A stretch of 64,000 nt of DNA from assembly GCA_963740315.1 (NCBI GenBank), contig CAVUDP010000002.1:960001-1024000 (forward strand), in the 5' to 3' direction. A program made the translations under genes and the position numbers. Shown one piece after another: positions 7,898-18,762 of the stretch. Below the pieces are notes generated by a model. It ran no database searches, was not told where the DNA came from, and saw nothing but the letters and a program-made list of their open reading frames with translations. How positions within the stretch are numbered: position 1 is the stretch's first letter; each line of letters opens with the position of its first letter. The DNA is from an uncultured cyanobacterium (GTDB taxonomy: Bacteria; Cyanobacteriota; Cyanobacteriia; Cyanobacteriales; Nostocaceae).

Positions 7898-9774
7898 ATG
7901 GATTTGAACCAATTAAACGAATTAATCGCAGAGAAAAACAATCCAATCGCAACAAAAGTTGGCTCTGAACTACTTTCGCTTCACGAAGAATACACATCTT
8001 CAGTAGGTGTATTTTCAACCTCCGAAACCTCCGAAGCGAGCAATTCCATGTTGCGAGTGGATGATGGTTATGTTGTGATTGACTTTGTTGCAAGAGATGA
8101 TGCAGATACTTTGCTGGCTGAGTTGCAAGAATTAGGGTTAAAAGAAGGTTCGGTTTACAGTCGTTACGTTTCGGGAATGTTTCCTATCGCAGCTATTCTT
8201 GAAATTCCCGGCTTAGAAAGTCTCCAGTTTGCTAGAGCAGCAATAGCCACGACTAATGTAGGGCTGGTTACGAGTCAAGCCGATATTTCCATGCGTGCTG
8301 ATATTGCTCGTTCTACTTTTGGTACGGTTTTCCCAACTTCTTTGGTACATCGGCTGCGGCTCCCCATGCGGCTGCGGTTGCGGCTTTAATGCTAGAGGCT
8401 GTTCCCGGCGCAACTCCCGATCAAATCTATGAAGCTCTAGAACAAACAGCCTTGGATATGGACGATCCATCTACCCCTGGCTTTGATGTCGGTTTCGATT
8501 TTGGTAGTGGTTTTGGCTTGATTCAAGCAGATGCAGCGATCGCGAAATTGATAGATTCTCTAAATCCTCCAGTTGATGGAGACAAAAACGGCGGATTTGA
8601 AACTGGATTTACCGCTTGGAAAACCATCGGCGATACCACTATCCAAACAGCGGAATTTGGTGTAGTTCCCACTCAAGGTAAATTCCAAGCTTTGCTAACC
8701 ACAGGTTTTGGCTCTGTCAGCGATACAACTCTAGAAAATTTCTTAGGGTTGAATCCTGGAGATATAGACGGTATCGGCAATGGAGATGCTACCGAAGGTT
8801 CCGCCTTGCATAAAACAATTGCTGTGGAAGCTGGAGATATTCTAAGCTTTGACTTTAACTTCCTAACTAACGAACGAACTCCCACAAACTTCAATGATTT
8901 TGCTTTTGTCTCGATCGCTTCCAATTTATTATCCGAATTAGCCGACACCAACAGTTTCTTTGAGTTATCCCCCACACGATTCTCTGAAGAGACAGACTAC
9001 GATAATTTCACTTTTGAATTCTCCGCAGCTGGCACCTATAGGGTAGGTATCGGTGTCGTAGATTCGGAAGACACTGCTGTTGACTCAGGTTTATTAGTAG
9101 ATGATTTCAAAGTTGTTTCAGCTGCGGAAGCAATTTTAGGAACAGACAATAGTGAGTCTCTTTTTGGTACAGTCGGCGATGATACTATCTTCGGTAAGGG
9201 AGGCAATGACCAAATCTTTGGCAGCGAGGGTATGAATACTCTTTACGGTGGTGCTGGAGATGACACCATGTATGGTGGTTCCCAAGCTGATACTATGTAT
9301 GGTGGCTCTGGTAACGACCTTATTTTCGCTGCTGAAGGTGAAAATATCGTATTTGGCGGTACTGGTAATGACACCATGTATGGTGGTTCCCAAGCTGATA
9401 CTATGTATGGTGGCTTTGGTAACGACCTGATTTTCGCTGTTGAAGGCGACAATATTGTATTCGGTGGTGCTGGTGATGACACTATTTACAGTGGCTCCGG
9501 CAACGATACAATTGATGGTGGCTTTGGCAACGATATTATTTGGCTTGGCGGCGGACACGATATAGTTGTCTTAGCAGCAGGTAAGGGAGTCGATACGATA
9601 AACAACTTCCAGTTAGGTCAAACTACCTTTGATGTAGGTGGTAATACCGATGATATCTCAATTGTTGACGGTGCTAAAGGTGCTGAAATATCTCAGTTTG
9701 GAGAGCTTTTAGCGGTTGTCAGTTGGAAATCAGCTAGCACCTTCATCGATAATATTGATACCGTGTTTGCGTAA
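7898..9774 (+). pseudogene. Disrupted S8 (subtilisin-like) protease with C-terminal RTX/hemolysin Ca-binding repeats, split into ORFs 7898-8389 and 8389-9774
   Basis: Frameshift at ~8324; GFPNFFGTSAAAPH (S8 catalytic Ser motif) at 8326-8367 is in the frame of the second ORF but upstream of its ATG; no Asp/His motifs seen; GGxGxD repeats at ~9170-9570. Confidence 0.8.
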
Positions 9775-9789
9775 TATTAAACTCGTAAT

Positions 9790-9858
9790 GTTGGGTTACG
9801 GCACGATTAATGTATCTGGTTACAAATCAAATTACCAAACGTGTCTAACCCAACCTAC
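9790..9858 (-). repeat. GTAG-type REP-like inverted repeat overlapping the stop codon of the kinase gene
   Basis: GTTGGGTTA(CGG)CACG...CGTG(TC)TAACCCAACCTAC. Confidence 0.7.
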
Positions 9859-11257
9859 CATCTGACTTTACCGGAATCGCGATCGCAAATTCTGTTCTCC
9901 CAACTTCTGAATTAAAAGTTAAACTACCATTGTGTTTATCTACGATAATTTCACGAGCAATTGATAAACCCAATCCCGTTCCTTTTCCTACTGATTTGGT
10001 TGTAAATAAATTTTCAAAGATTCTCTGCTTAACTTCTTCGGGAATTCCTAAACCGTTATCGGCAATTTTAATTATTACATTTTTATTGTCTTCTATTAAA
10101 GTAGTAATTGTAATTTGATTGGGATTTGCTTCAATTTCTTCAAAGGTTTTCCCTACATTCGATTCTTCTAAAGCATCAATAGCGTTGGCTAATAAATTCA
10201 TGAATACCTGATTTAGTTGTCCGCAATAGCACTCAACTAAAGGTAAATCGCCATAGTTTTTGATTACTTGAATTGAGGGTTGTGATTCCGAACTTTTTAA
10301 ACGGTGTTTGAGAATTAAAATAGTACTATCAATTCCTTCATGAATATTGACAGGTATTTTGCGATCGGTATCTGCTCTGGAAAAACTACGCAAACTGGTG
10401 CTAATATTACGAATGCGTTCGGAACCTATTTTTAAAGACTTAAATAGTTTGGGTAAATCATCGCGCAAGTATTCTAAGTCAATTTCTTCGATTTTAAATT
10501 CAATTTCCGACTCTGGATTGGGATAATGTTTTTGGTATAGATCGATAAGTTCAAATAAATTATTTATATACTCTCGCGCCACTTTTAAATTACCCGCAAC
10601 AAACCCAATCGGATTATTAATTTCGTGTGCGATTCCTGCGACTAAGTTACCCAATGCGGACATTTTTTCACTTTGTACTAATTGAAGTTGGTTTTTTTGC
10701 AAAGTTTCTAAAGCTTCAGTTAATTGTATAGATTGCTTTTCAATAACCATCAAATCGCGATAAGAGCGTAAAGCCGCAACGGTTGTAGTAATCAGCTTTT
10801 GTCTGGTAAGTTCAACTTTAAGTTTGTAATCGTTAATATCATAATTAATAATTACCGATTCCTCCGGTGCATCTCCTGGTTGCCCGGTGCGTAATATAAT
10901 TCGGATTCGTTTATTTTTTAATTCGTCACGAATATATTTAACTACTTGCAAACCTGCATCATTACTATCCATCACCACGTCAAGTAGAATTAAAGCGGCA
11001 TCGGGATGAGCGGCAATTAATTCTTTTGCTTCTTGACTAGAATAACCAGAAAAGAAAGTTAAAGCTTTACCATCAAAAGTAAAATTTTTTAAAGCTAATT
11101 GAGTTACTTGGTGTACAGTGGGTTCATCATCTACAATTATGATTTTCCAAGCTTCTATTTTGGGTGTATTTATCGCAGTATTATCGTTTTCTTCTGACTC
11201 AAATATTAAAATATCATCGTCTGTTTCCGAAAAATTAAGATTAGTATTGACTGTCAT
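9845..11257 (-). CDS. Hybrid response regulator/histidine kinase (REC-HisKA-HATPase)
   Basis: REC motifs IVDDE and LLDVVM; H-box AHEINNP; N/G boxes NLLANAIDA, DNGLG, GTGLGL. Confidence 0.95.
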   Translation of the reverse strand: MTVNTNLNFSETDDDILIFESEENDNTAINTPKIEAWKIIIVDDEPTVHQVTQLALKNFTFDGKALTFFSGYSSQEAKELIAAHPDAALILLDVVMDSNDAGLQVVKYIRDELKNKRIRIILRTGQPGDAPEESVIINYDINDYKLKVELTRQKLITTTVAALRSYRDLMVIEKQSIQLTEALETLQKNQLQLVQSEKMSALGNLVAGIAHEINNPIGFVAGNLKVAREYINNLFELIDLYQKHYPNPESEIEFKIEEIDLEYLRDDLPKLFKSLKIGSERIRNISTSLRSFSRADTDRKIPVNIHEGIDSTILILKHRLKSSESQPSIQVIKNYGDLPLVECYCGQLNQVFMNLLANAIDALEESNVGKTFEEIEANPNQITITTLIEDNKNVIIKIADNGLGIPEEVKQRIFENLFTTKSVGKGTGLGLSIAREIIVDKHNGSLTFNSEVGRTEFAIAIPVKSDGRLG

Positions 11258-11284
11258 CTATTTAGAATCCTGATTTAAAATAAC

Positions 11285-11665
11285 TTAGAATTATCATTAT
11301 CATAAGTTCGTAGTAAGGACTTTAGTCCTTTGATTGAAGGTTAAAACCCTTACTACAAACCTTTCTTAACCGCTCCAACTTAAGATTAGAATTATCATTA
11401 TCATAAGTTCGTAGTAAAGACTTTAGTCCTTTGATTGAGGGTTAAAACCCTTACTACAAACCTTTCTTAACCGCTCCAACTTAAGATTAGAATTATTATT
11501 ATCATAAGTTCGTAGTAAAGACTTTAGTCCTTTAAGGGTTAAAACCCTTACTACAAACCTTTCTTAACCGCTCCAACTTAAGATTAGAATTATTATTATC
11601 ATAAGTTCGTAGTAAAGACTTTAGTCCTTTAAGGGTTAAAACCCTTACTACAAACCTTTCTTAAC
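11285..11665. repeat. Tandem repeat, four copies (periods 101, 101, 97 bp; last copy partial) containing a double-hairpin REP-like unit
   Basis: Units start TTAGAATTAT at 11285, 11386, 11487 and 11584; core GTTCGTAGTAA(G/A)GACTTTAGTCCTT...GGTTAAAACCCTTACTACAAAC. Confidence 0.93.
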
Positions 11666-11667
11666 GG

Positions 11668-14600
11668 TTAATCCAAACATTTCTTAGGTAATGCGATTAT
11701 AAATATTGTTCCCAAATTAACCTGACTTTTAACATCAATTCTGCCTTGAAGTTTTTGAGTAACTAGGTTATAGACAATATGCAAACCCAATCCGGTACCA
11801 CCTTGGTTTCTAGCGGTGGTAAAGAAAGGTTCAAAAACTTTTCTTAGATTTTCTGAGGGAATTCCGCAACCATCATCGCTATATTCGATGGTAACTGTAT
11901 CTTCTTGCTGGGTAATTTGAAAATGTAGTTGTCCTTTTTCTCCCGGTTGATAAGCGTGATTCAGAGAATTCATCATTAAATTTGTGACAATTTGGGCGAC
12001 AGCACCGGGATAAGTATCTATTTTGATGTTAGTCTCACCTTCTATCGTTAAAGTGAGAGCGGTATTTTTGAATTTCGGTGCGAGACTATTTAAAATTTCT
12101 TCGATATATGGTTTGATGGCAAATTCGCGTTTTTCTAAATGGGAAGAATCAACTGCTACTTGTTTGAAACTTTTAATCAAATCGGAAGCGCGGTTAAGAT
12201 TATTTAAAATTAAGTCAGTGCTGAGTGTCGCGACTTCAAGATAATTGTTTAAAGATGAACGTTTTAATTTTCCTGACACCACAGCATTATTAAAGGTAGT
12301 GGTTTCATCTTTTAAAGTGGAAGCGGCAGTGATGCTGGTACCCACTGGAGTATTGATTTCGTGAGCAACTCCCGCCACAAGACTACCTAAAGCAGCCATT
12401 TTCTCGGATTCGATAAGTTGTTTTTGAGTAGCTTTTAAATTTTCTAAAGCTTGAGAAAGCTGTTGCGTGCGCTGTGCAACTTTTTGTTCGAGGGTGTTGT
12501 AAAGTGTGGCATTTTTGATCGAAATAGCTGCTTGAGAGCAAATAAGTTTGAGTAATTTTAAACGTTGTTTGGGGAAAGCTGCGGTGGTAAGATTATTTTC
12601 TAGATAAAGAATAGCGATTAATTGACCTTGATGCTTTAAAGGAATGCATAAAACAGATTTAGGTTTTTGCTCGATCAAATAGGAATCACGAGCAAATTCA
12701 GCTTGAGTATTGGCTTCATCGAGTAAAACATCACTATGGGTTCTAGTAACGTAATTTATCACTGAAATTGGTAAATTATTGAAAGCTGTTATCGGAATCC
12801 CATGTTTGACTTCCACTTCTCCATCATTATTGATTCGGGCTTCAATAACTAATTGTTGCTCGCCGACAAAAACCAAACAACCCGTTTGCGCTCCTGCATT
12901 TGCGATCGCAATTTTCATCAATCTGTCAATTAATTGGGTTAAGACGATTTCGTTTGAAACAGTTTGAGAGACTTTGAACACAGTTTCGATATCTAACGAT
13001 TCTCCCAAATCACTAGTTGTAAAATGTTGAATCGCAGTTATTTGAGAGTTTGTAATTAAATTATTTGAGGAGTTTACAAATCTAGGATTTAACCAGAAAG
13101 AATATTGATTTTCTAAATCTGCTACTTTATGTTTCGCACCCCAAGCTTGATAGTAATTGTAGGCTTTTTGAAGATAAAATTGGGCGAAATCTTCTTTATT
13201 CATCCCCAACCAAAACTTTGCCGCTAATTCATTGGCTAAAGCTTCATTTTGAATAAATCCATAAGTATTTGCAGAAGCAATAGCTATGTCGTATAGCTCC
13301 ATTGCTTCTAATTTATTACCGGAAATTCGCGCTATTTCCGCTTCTATAATTAAATATTTGTGTAAAAAATTAGCTTCGCAATTATCCGCCCAAATCTTCA
13401 TTTGCTTTTGATTGCGTTCTAATTTATGCCAATATTGTTTTTGTTCGGCAAAAGTTGCAGCGGGATATAATGCAGTTAGAATTAAAGATTGATAGAAGTT
13501 TTGATCGGCAATCGTAATAATACCAGCAACGTATTCTAATAATTTTTCTGCTTCAATAACCGCTTCCAAAGCTTCAACTGGTTCATTATACAGATACAGT
13601 ATGAAAGACTTGAAAGTATAGTAATAAAACAAAGGCATATAGCTTTTTTGTTCCCAGCAGCTTTGCAGATATTCTGCTTCGCTTAAATCGGGGCTATCAA
13701 AATTAACTAATTCTTCTGTTTCTCCATTTAAGTTAGTTAAACATAGTTTTGCAGCCCAAATTGTATCCAGTGCAAATTGATTTGTATTTTTCTTGACAAA
13801 TATTAAACTATTATTAGCTTCAGAAAGCAATTCATCAATACTTACACCTTGATGCAAAATATTAAATAGCTGACAAGCTAATGTAGAACCAGAAAATTGT
13901 ATATCACCAGATTCGATACCTGCTTGAAATCCGATCTTAGCAATATCATTCGTGAATTTAATGTGTTTTACCCAAGCCAGTTGGAAAGTTACATAAAGAA
14001 AACACGCTTTACATTTTTGAGATTGATTGCGATATTTTTCACTGATATCTAATGCTAATTTACCAAATTCATACCCTTTTTGATATTCTCCCCAAATTGA
14101 ACCTAATAATACTCCATAATTACTATAAGCTGGGATTGACTCTGCTAAATTACCGTATTCTAAACATAGATTGAGTGCTTTAATAACAACTAGGGTATAA
14201 AGTTTTTGATCTGTTAAATAGCAAGCAGGATATATGTTTGTAAATAAATTAAGCGCGATAATTTTATCGGCTATTATCATCTCTGGTTGATTTATTAATG
14301 AAGCTACTTCTTTCCCTTTAAGTAGTTTATTCGCTTTGACAAATTCGATTTCTAAACTTTCATCTAAGTTCTTTTTGCTCAAATCAATTTCGAGATATTG
14401 CAACCCATTTTTACTTGCTTTTATAGCTTCGTTAAACTTACCTAGACTTGTATGCACAATAGCCAAAAAATTGTGAATATCTGCCTTTTCTTCAGGTGTC
14501 TTTGCTTTTTCGAGAATTAAATCAATGGCATATTGCGAGCCTTCAAAATTACCGTTTAAATATTCAATTTTAGCCAGTAGTTTATATATTTCTAAAGTAA

Positions 14601-16971
14601 GTTCGTAAAATCTCAACCAACTGTTAGCAGGTAATTCCTCCATACTAATCGTTAAATAATTTCTAGCTGCGTTATATGCGATCGCATCCTTAGCTTTTTT
14701 CGCCGCAGTTAAATTTAGTTTGACTAAAATAAATTTTTCTTTATCATCTACAATTAATTCTCTACCCAAATTCAAATGATCTACCAATTCAAAAATACGT
14801 TCGGTTTGCTCTTTTTGGGAAAAATTAGAATATAGCAACCAGCCAATTTGTAAATGAACCGCCTTTTTTTCATCTTCTGCAATTAAAGTATAAGCTGCTT
14901 GTTGAACTCGATCGTGTAAAAATTTAAAATTATAAATAACAAGTTGCACCTTATGCATTTCTCCATCAACATCCAATCCAGAAGTTGGTAAGATAAAACG
15001 AGATTGAATGGCGATCGCTAAATTTTGGAAAACTTCATTTTGCTTCATTTCACTGACAATTGCCAAAGTATTTAAAGTGAAACGATTGCCGATACAAGCT
15101 GCTAATTGTAATAATTGCTGTGTAGATTTAGGCAGTTTGATTAATTTAGATATCATCAAATCTACAACATTATCGGTGATATCCATCGCTTCGATTTGAA
15201 GTTGTCTCCATTCCCATCTCGGTTTTTGTTCTTCTTGAGAAGCTTGAAAATAAATCAATTTTTCGGAATGTAAATTATAAATAAATTGATTGACAAAGAA
15301 AGGATTACCACCAGTTTTATCAGCAACTAATTTCGCTAAAGGTTTCACATCATCGATATTTCTATGTAAAGTATCGGCAATTAGATTAGTAATATTATAA
15401 GAGGCAAGAGGAGTCAAATTAATTTGTGCGATCGCAGCATCCTGACGCAGTTTTTCTAATAAAATAATAAAAGGATGATTAGCATCAACTTCATTATCTC
15501 GATAAGCACCAATTAATAATAGATGATGCATTTGAACGTCCGTCATCATCAATTCAATTAATTGTAGACTTGCCAAATCTGCCCACTGTAAATCATCCAG
15601 AAATAAAACTAATGGATGTTGCTCTTGACAAAAAACACGAATAAAGCTGCTAAAAACAGAATTAAACCGATTTTGAGCTTCACTTCCTCCTAATTCTTCT
15701 ACAGGAGGTTGCTTACCAATAATTAATTCTACTTCCGGAATTACATCGATAATAATCTGAGCATTTGGTTCAATAGCGGATAGCAATTTTTGATTCCACT
15801 GTTGGAGCTGTAATTCGCTTTCACTTAAAAGCTGTTTTACCAATCCGTTCAAAGCTTTGACTACAGCAGAATAAGGAATATTTCGTTGAAACTGGTCGAA
15901 TTTACCCGAAACAAAATAACCCCGTTGACGAGTAATTGGTTGATAAATTTCTTTTACCAAAGCAGATTTTCCAATACCCGAATAACCCGTAACTAAAATC
16001 ATCTCTGTTTTGCTAGCTGCGGCTACAACTCGCTCAAATGCAGCTAATAAACTAGCGGTTTCCTGTTCTCTTCCATAAAGTTTTTCGGGAATATGAAACT
16101 TATTAGAAATATCTTCTTTACCTAAATCAAAATCAATTATGTAGCCATTATTTTTTAATTGCTGCAAACAAGTTTCTAAATCTTTCTTAATACCCCAAAT
16201 ACTTTGATAGCGTTCCTCAGCCGTTTTCGCCATCAACTTTACGATAATAGCTGAAACCATCCGAGGAACTTTAGAATTAATTTCGCGAGCAGAAACAGGT
16301 TGTTTAGCCAGATGACAATGAATTAATTCCATTGCATCATTAGCAGCAAAAGGTAACTGATGGGTAAATAATTCATATAAAGTTATCCCCAAAGAGTAAA
16401 AATCAGTACGGTAATCGAGGGAACGATTCATCCTTCCAGTTTGTTCGGGAGAAATATATGCTAAAGTTCCCTCTAAAGCATTCGGACTAGATAAACCAGT
16501 ATGTTCGCTTCCCAGTTTTGTAGAAATACCAAAATCAATGATTTTCAACTGCTTAGTAACGGGATTAAAAACGATATTACTAGGATTAATATCCTTATGA
16601 ATAACTTGCGCTGCATGAATTTGAGCCAAACTATCAGTAATTTGACAAGCAATTTCCAAACATTCCACCAAACTAAATTCTTTTTGAGAAATTAAATTCC
16701 TCAGCGACTCTCCTCCAAAATCCTCTAAAACGATCGCCACTGAATTTTTATGTTGTAAATCGTAAGCTTTGACAATTCCTCCATCGTCAAGATTGTGAGT
16801 GATTTCATACTCCTGCTTATAGCGAGTCAACTGTAGGGGATTCAAACAATCTTGCTTAAGAATCTTGAGAATAACTGGTTGATTGTCTTCTTTTCTAATT
16901 CCGCGATAAACCGTAGAATTACTGCTTTCATAAATTTTTTCTAAAATCTCATAACCAGTAATAATAACCAT
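11668..16971 (-). CDS. Trifunctional Ser/Thr kinase - AAA ATPase - GAF - histidine kinase (HstK-like)
   Basis: HKDINPSN and DFG; P-loop GYSGIGKS; LFLDDLQWAD; GAF region; AHEINTP and GTGLGL. Confidence 0.95.
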   Translation of the reverse strand: MVIITGYEILEKIYESSNSTVYRGIRKEDNQPVILKILKQDCLNPLQLTRYKQEYEITHNLDDGGIVKAYDLQHKNSVAIVLEDFGGESLRNLISQKEFSLVECLEIACQITDSLAQIHAAQVIHKDINPSNIVFNPVTKQLKIIDFGISTKLGSEHTGLSSPNALEGTLAYISPEQTGRMNRSLDYRTDFYSLGITLYELFTHQLPFAANDAMELIHCHLAKQPVSAREINSKVPRMVSAIIVKLMAKTAEERYQSIWGIKKDLETCLQQLKNNGYIIDFDLGKEDISNKFHIPEKLYGREQETASLLAAFERVVAAASKTEMILVTGYSGIGKSALVKEIYQPITRQRGYFVSGKFDQFQRNIPYSAVVKALNGLVKQLLSESELQLQQWNQKLLSAIEPNAQIIIDVIPEVELIIGKQPPVEELGGSEAQNRFNSVFSSFIRVFCQEQHPLVLFLDDLQWADLASLQLIELMMTDVQMHHLLLIGAYRDNEVDANHPFIILLEKLRQDAAIAQINLTPLASYNITNLIADTLHRNIDDVKPLAKLVADKTGGNPFFVNQFIYNLHSEKLIYFQASQEEQKPRWEWRQLQIEAMDITDNVVDLMISKLIKLPKSTQQLLQLAACIGNRFTLNTLAIVSEMKQNEVFQNLAIAIQSRFILPTSGLDVDGEMHKVQLVIYNFKFLHDRVQQAAYTLIAEDEKKAVHLQIGWLLYSNFSQKEQTERIFELVDHLNLGRELIVDDKEKFILVKLNLTAAKKAKDAIAYNAARNYLTISMEELPANSWLRFYELTLEIYKLLAKIEYLNGNFEGSQYAIDLILEKAKTPEEKADIHNFLAIVHTSLGKFNEAIKASKNGLQYLEIDLSKKNLDESLEIEFVKANKLLKGKEVASLINQPEMIIADKIIALNLFTNIYPACYLTDQKLYTLVVIKALNLCLEYGNLAESIPAYSNYGVLLGSIWGEYQKGYEFGKLALDISEKYRNQSQKCKACFLYVTFQLAWVKHIKFTNDIAKIGFQAGIESGDIQFSGSTLACQLFNILHQGVSIDELLSEANNSLIFVKKNTNQFALDTIWAAKLCLTNLNGETEELVNFDSPDLSEAEYLQSCWEQKSYMPLFYYYTFKSFILYLYNEPVEALEAVIEAEKLLEYVAGIITIADQNFYQSLILTALYPAATFAEQKQYWHKLERNQKQMKIWADNCEANFLHKYLIIEAEIARISGNKLEAMELYDIAIASANTYGFIQNEALANELAAKFWLGMNKEDFAQFYLQKAYNYYQAWGAKHKVADLENQYSFWLNPRFVNSSNNLITNSQITAIQHFTTSDLGESLDIETVFKVSQTVSNEIVLTQLIDRLMKIAIANAGAQTGCLVFVGEQQLVIEARINNDGEVEVKHGIPITAFNNLPISVINYVTRTHSDVLLDEANTQAEFARDSYLIEQKPKSVLCIPLKHQGQLIAILYLENNLTTAAFPKQRLKLLKLICSQAAISIKNATLYNTLEQKVAQRTQQLSQALENLKATQKQLIESEKMAALGSLVAGVAHEINTPVGTSITAASTLKDETTTFNNAVVSGKLKRSSLNNYLEVATLSTDLILNNLNRASDLIKSFKQVAVDSSHLEKREFAIKPYIEEILNSLAPKFKNTALTLTIEGETNIKIDTYPGAVAQIVTNLMMNSLNHAYQPGEKGQLHFQITQQEDTVTIEYSDDGCGIPSENLRKVFEPFFTTARNQGGTGLGLHIVYNLVTQKLQGRIDVKSQVNLGTIFIIALPKKCLD

Positions 16972-17045
16972 TGTTATATGCTCATTTTATAAAGTTCTTA
17001 AATTAGAGTTCCCCGTTATTTGATTTTTCTATCACCGAAGGTGAA

Positions 17046-17288
17046 GGGGGAGATGGGGAGATGGGGAGAAGGGGAGAGGGGGAGATGGGGAGATGGGGAG
17101 ATGGGGAGATGGGGAGAGGGGGAGACAAGGGGAAATTTAAACTCTTAACTCTTAACTCCTCACTCTTAACTCTTAACTCCTAACTCCTCCCTACTCCCTA
17201 CTCCCTACTCCCCACTCCCTACTCCCCACTCTTCACTGCTCACTGCTCACTGCTCACTGCTCACTGCTCACTGCTCACTGCTCACTGA
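17046..17288. repeat. STRR tracts (GGGGAGAT, ACTCTTA, CCTACTC, CACTGCT)
   Basis: Visible 7-9 nt tandem repeats. Confidence 0.95.
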
Positions 17289-17290
17289 TT

Positions 17291-18496
17291 ATGCGTTTAA
17301 TATCGTTGCTCGGAATCTTTGCATTTGTGGCAATTTCTTATGGTTTATCTGTCAACCGTCGCGCTATCCGTTGGGTGCCGGTGCTGTGGGGGATTGGTTT
17401 ACAGTTGATTTTCGGGATATTGATTCTGAGAACAAAACCCGGTTTCGTAGTATTCAAATTTCTGGGAGATGTAGTAAGTCAATTTCTCAACTATTCCGAT
17501 GCGGGAGCAAAATTTGTGTTTGGTGACAACTTTGAAGAACACTACATTGCTTTCAAAGTACTGCCGACAATCATCTTTTTCTCTTCCTTCATCACCATTT
17601 TGTACCACTACGGCATCTTGCAAAGAATAGTCCAAATCGTTGCAGTAGTGATGATGAAAACCATGAAAACATCGGGTTCCGAATCCCTTAGTGCTGCGGC
17701 GAATATCTTTGTCGGACAATCTGAAGCACCGTTATTAATCAAACCCTATGTAGCAACCATGACTCGTTCCGAACTACACGCCATTATGACGGGAGGATTC
17801 GCCACCATTGCGGGTGGAGTCATGGCTGCATATATTTCCTTTGGGGTGTCAGCAGAACATTTAATCGCCGCTTCCGTAATGTCTGCACCCGCAGCATTAG
17901 CTATTTCTAAAGTGCTTTACCCCGAAACCGAGTCATCTCCTACCGCCGGTGAAGTGAAAATCGAAATAGAAAGCGCTTACTCTAACGCGATCGACGCAGC
18001 CGCAACTGGTGCCAGTGAAGGGATGAAATTAGCTTTAAACGTCGCTGCGATGTTGATTGCTTTTTTGGGATTATTGGCGTTAGTAAACGGTATCTTAGGC
18101 TTTATTGGTTCGGGAATTGGATTACCACAGCTTTCATTAGAGTGGATATTTTCTTACCTGCTCGCCCCCGTAGCGTGGTTGATGGGCGTACCTTGGGCAG
18201 ATTGTGGACAAGTAGGGATATTATTGGGAAAAAAGACGATTTTAAACGAATTTATTGCTTATCAAGACCTGCAAAAAATGGTAGCAGACTCTGCAATTTC
18301 CGAAAGAGCGAGAATAATTGCTACCTACGCCCTATGTGGATTTTCTAATATTGGCTCGATCGGCATTCAAATCGGTGGAATTGGCGCGATCGCTCCGAAT
18401 CGTCAAGCTGATTTAGCACAAATGGGAATTAGAGCAATGGTTGGTGGTGCGATCGCTTGTTTTATGACAGCTTGTATTGCGGGGATGTTGTTGTAA
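17291..18496 (+). CDS. nupC: Concentrative nucleoside transporter (NupC/CNT family)
   Basis: AFKVLPTIIFFSS, NIFVGQSEAP, GFATIAGGV, NEFIAY and LCGFSN motifs. Confidence 0.92.
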   Translation: MRLISLLGIFAFVAISYGLSVNRRAIRWVPVLWGIGLQLIFGILILRTKPGFVVFKFLGDVVSQFLNYSDAGAKFVFGDNFEEHYIAFKVLPTIIFFSSFITILYHYGILQRIVQIVAVVMMKTMKTSGSESLSAAANIFVGQSEAPLLIKPYVATMTRSELHAIMTGGFATIAGGVMAAYISFGVSAEHLIAASVMSAPAALAISKVLYPETESSPTAGEVKIEIESAYSNAIDAAATGASEGMKLALNVAAMLIAFLGLLALVNGILGFIGSGIGLPQLSLEWIFSYLLAPVAWLMGVPWADCGQVGILLGKKTILNEFIAYQDLQKMVADSAISERARIIATYALCGFSNIGSIGIQIGGIGAIAPNRQADLAQMGIRAMVGGAIACFMTACIAGMLL

Positions 18497-18641
18497 CTGG
18501 TGAATTGAGCATTGGGCATGGGTAATTGGGCATTGGGGCATTGGGAAATAAATAGTTTTAAATTCCTTACTCACAATCCAAAATCCAAAATCCAAAATCC
18601 AAAACAAAAGCATCCGTTGTTAAAATCTTATAACTCCTAAA

Positions 18642-18687
18642 GGTTACTGAGCAGTTCGACGTAGCTCACTGTAAGACTTGTCGAAGT
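18642..18687. mobile_element. 21-nt small dispersed repeat with a 25-nt nested insertion
   Basis: GGTTACTGAGC[AGTTCGACGTAGCTCACTGTAAGAC]TTGTCGAAGT. Confidence 0.7.
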
Positions 18688-18762
18688 ACTCCTAACTCCT
18701 CACTGTTCACTGTTCACTGTTCACTGCTCACTGTTTACTGCTCACTGCTCACTGCTCACTGT

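Noticed and set aside
11285..11665. Possible CRISPR array
   Set aside because: The sequences between hairpins are nearly identical rather than unique spacers, the period is ~100 bp, and there are no cas genes in the window.
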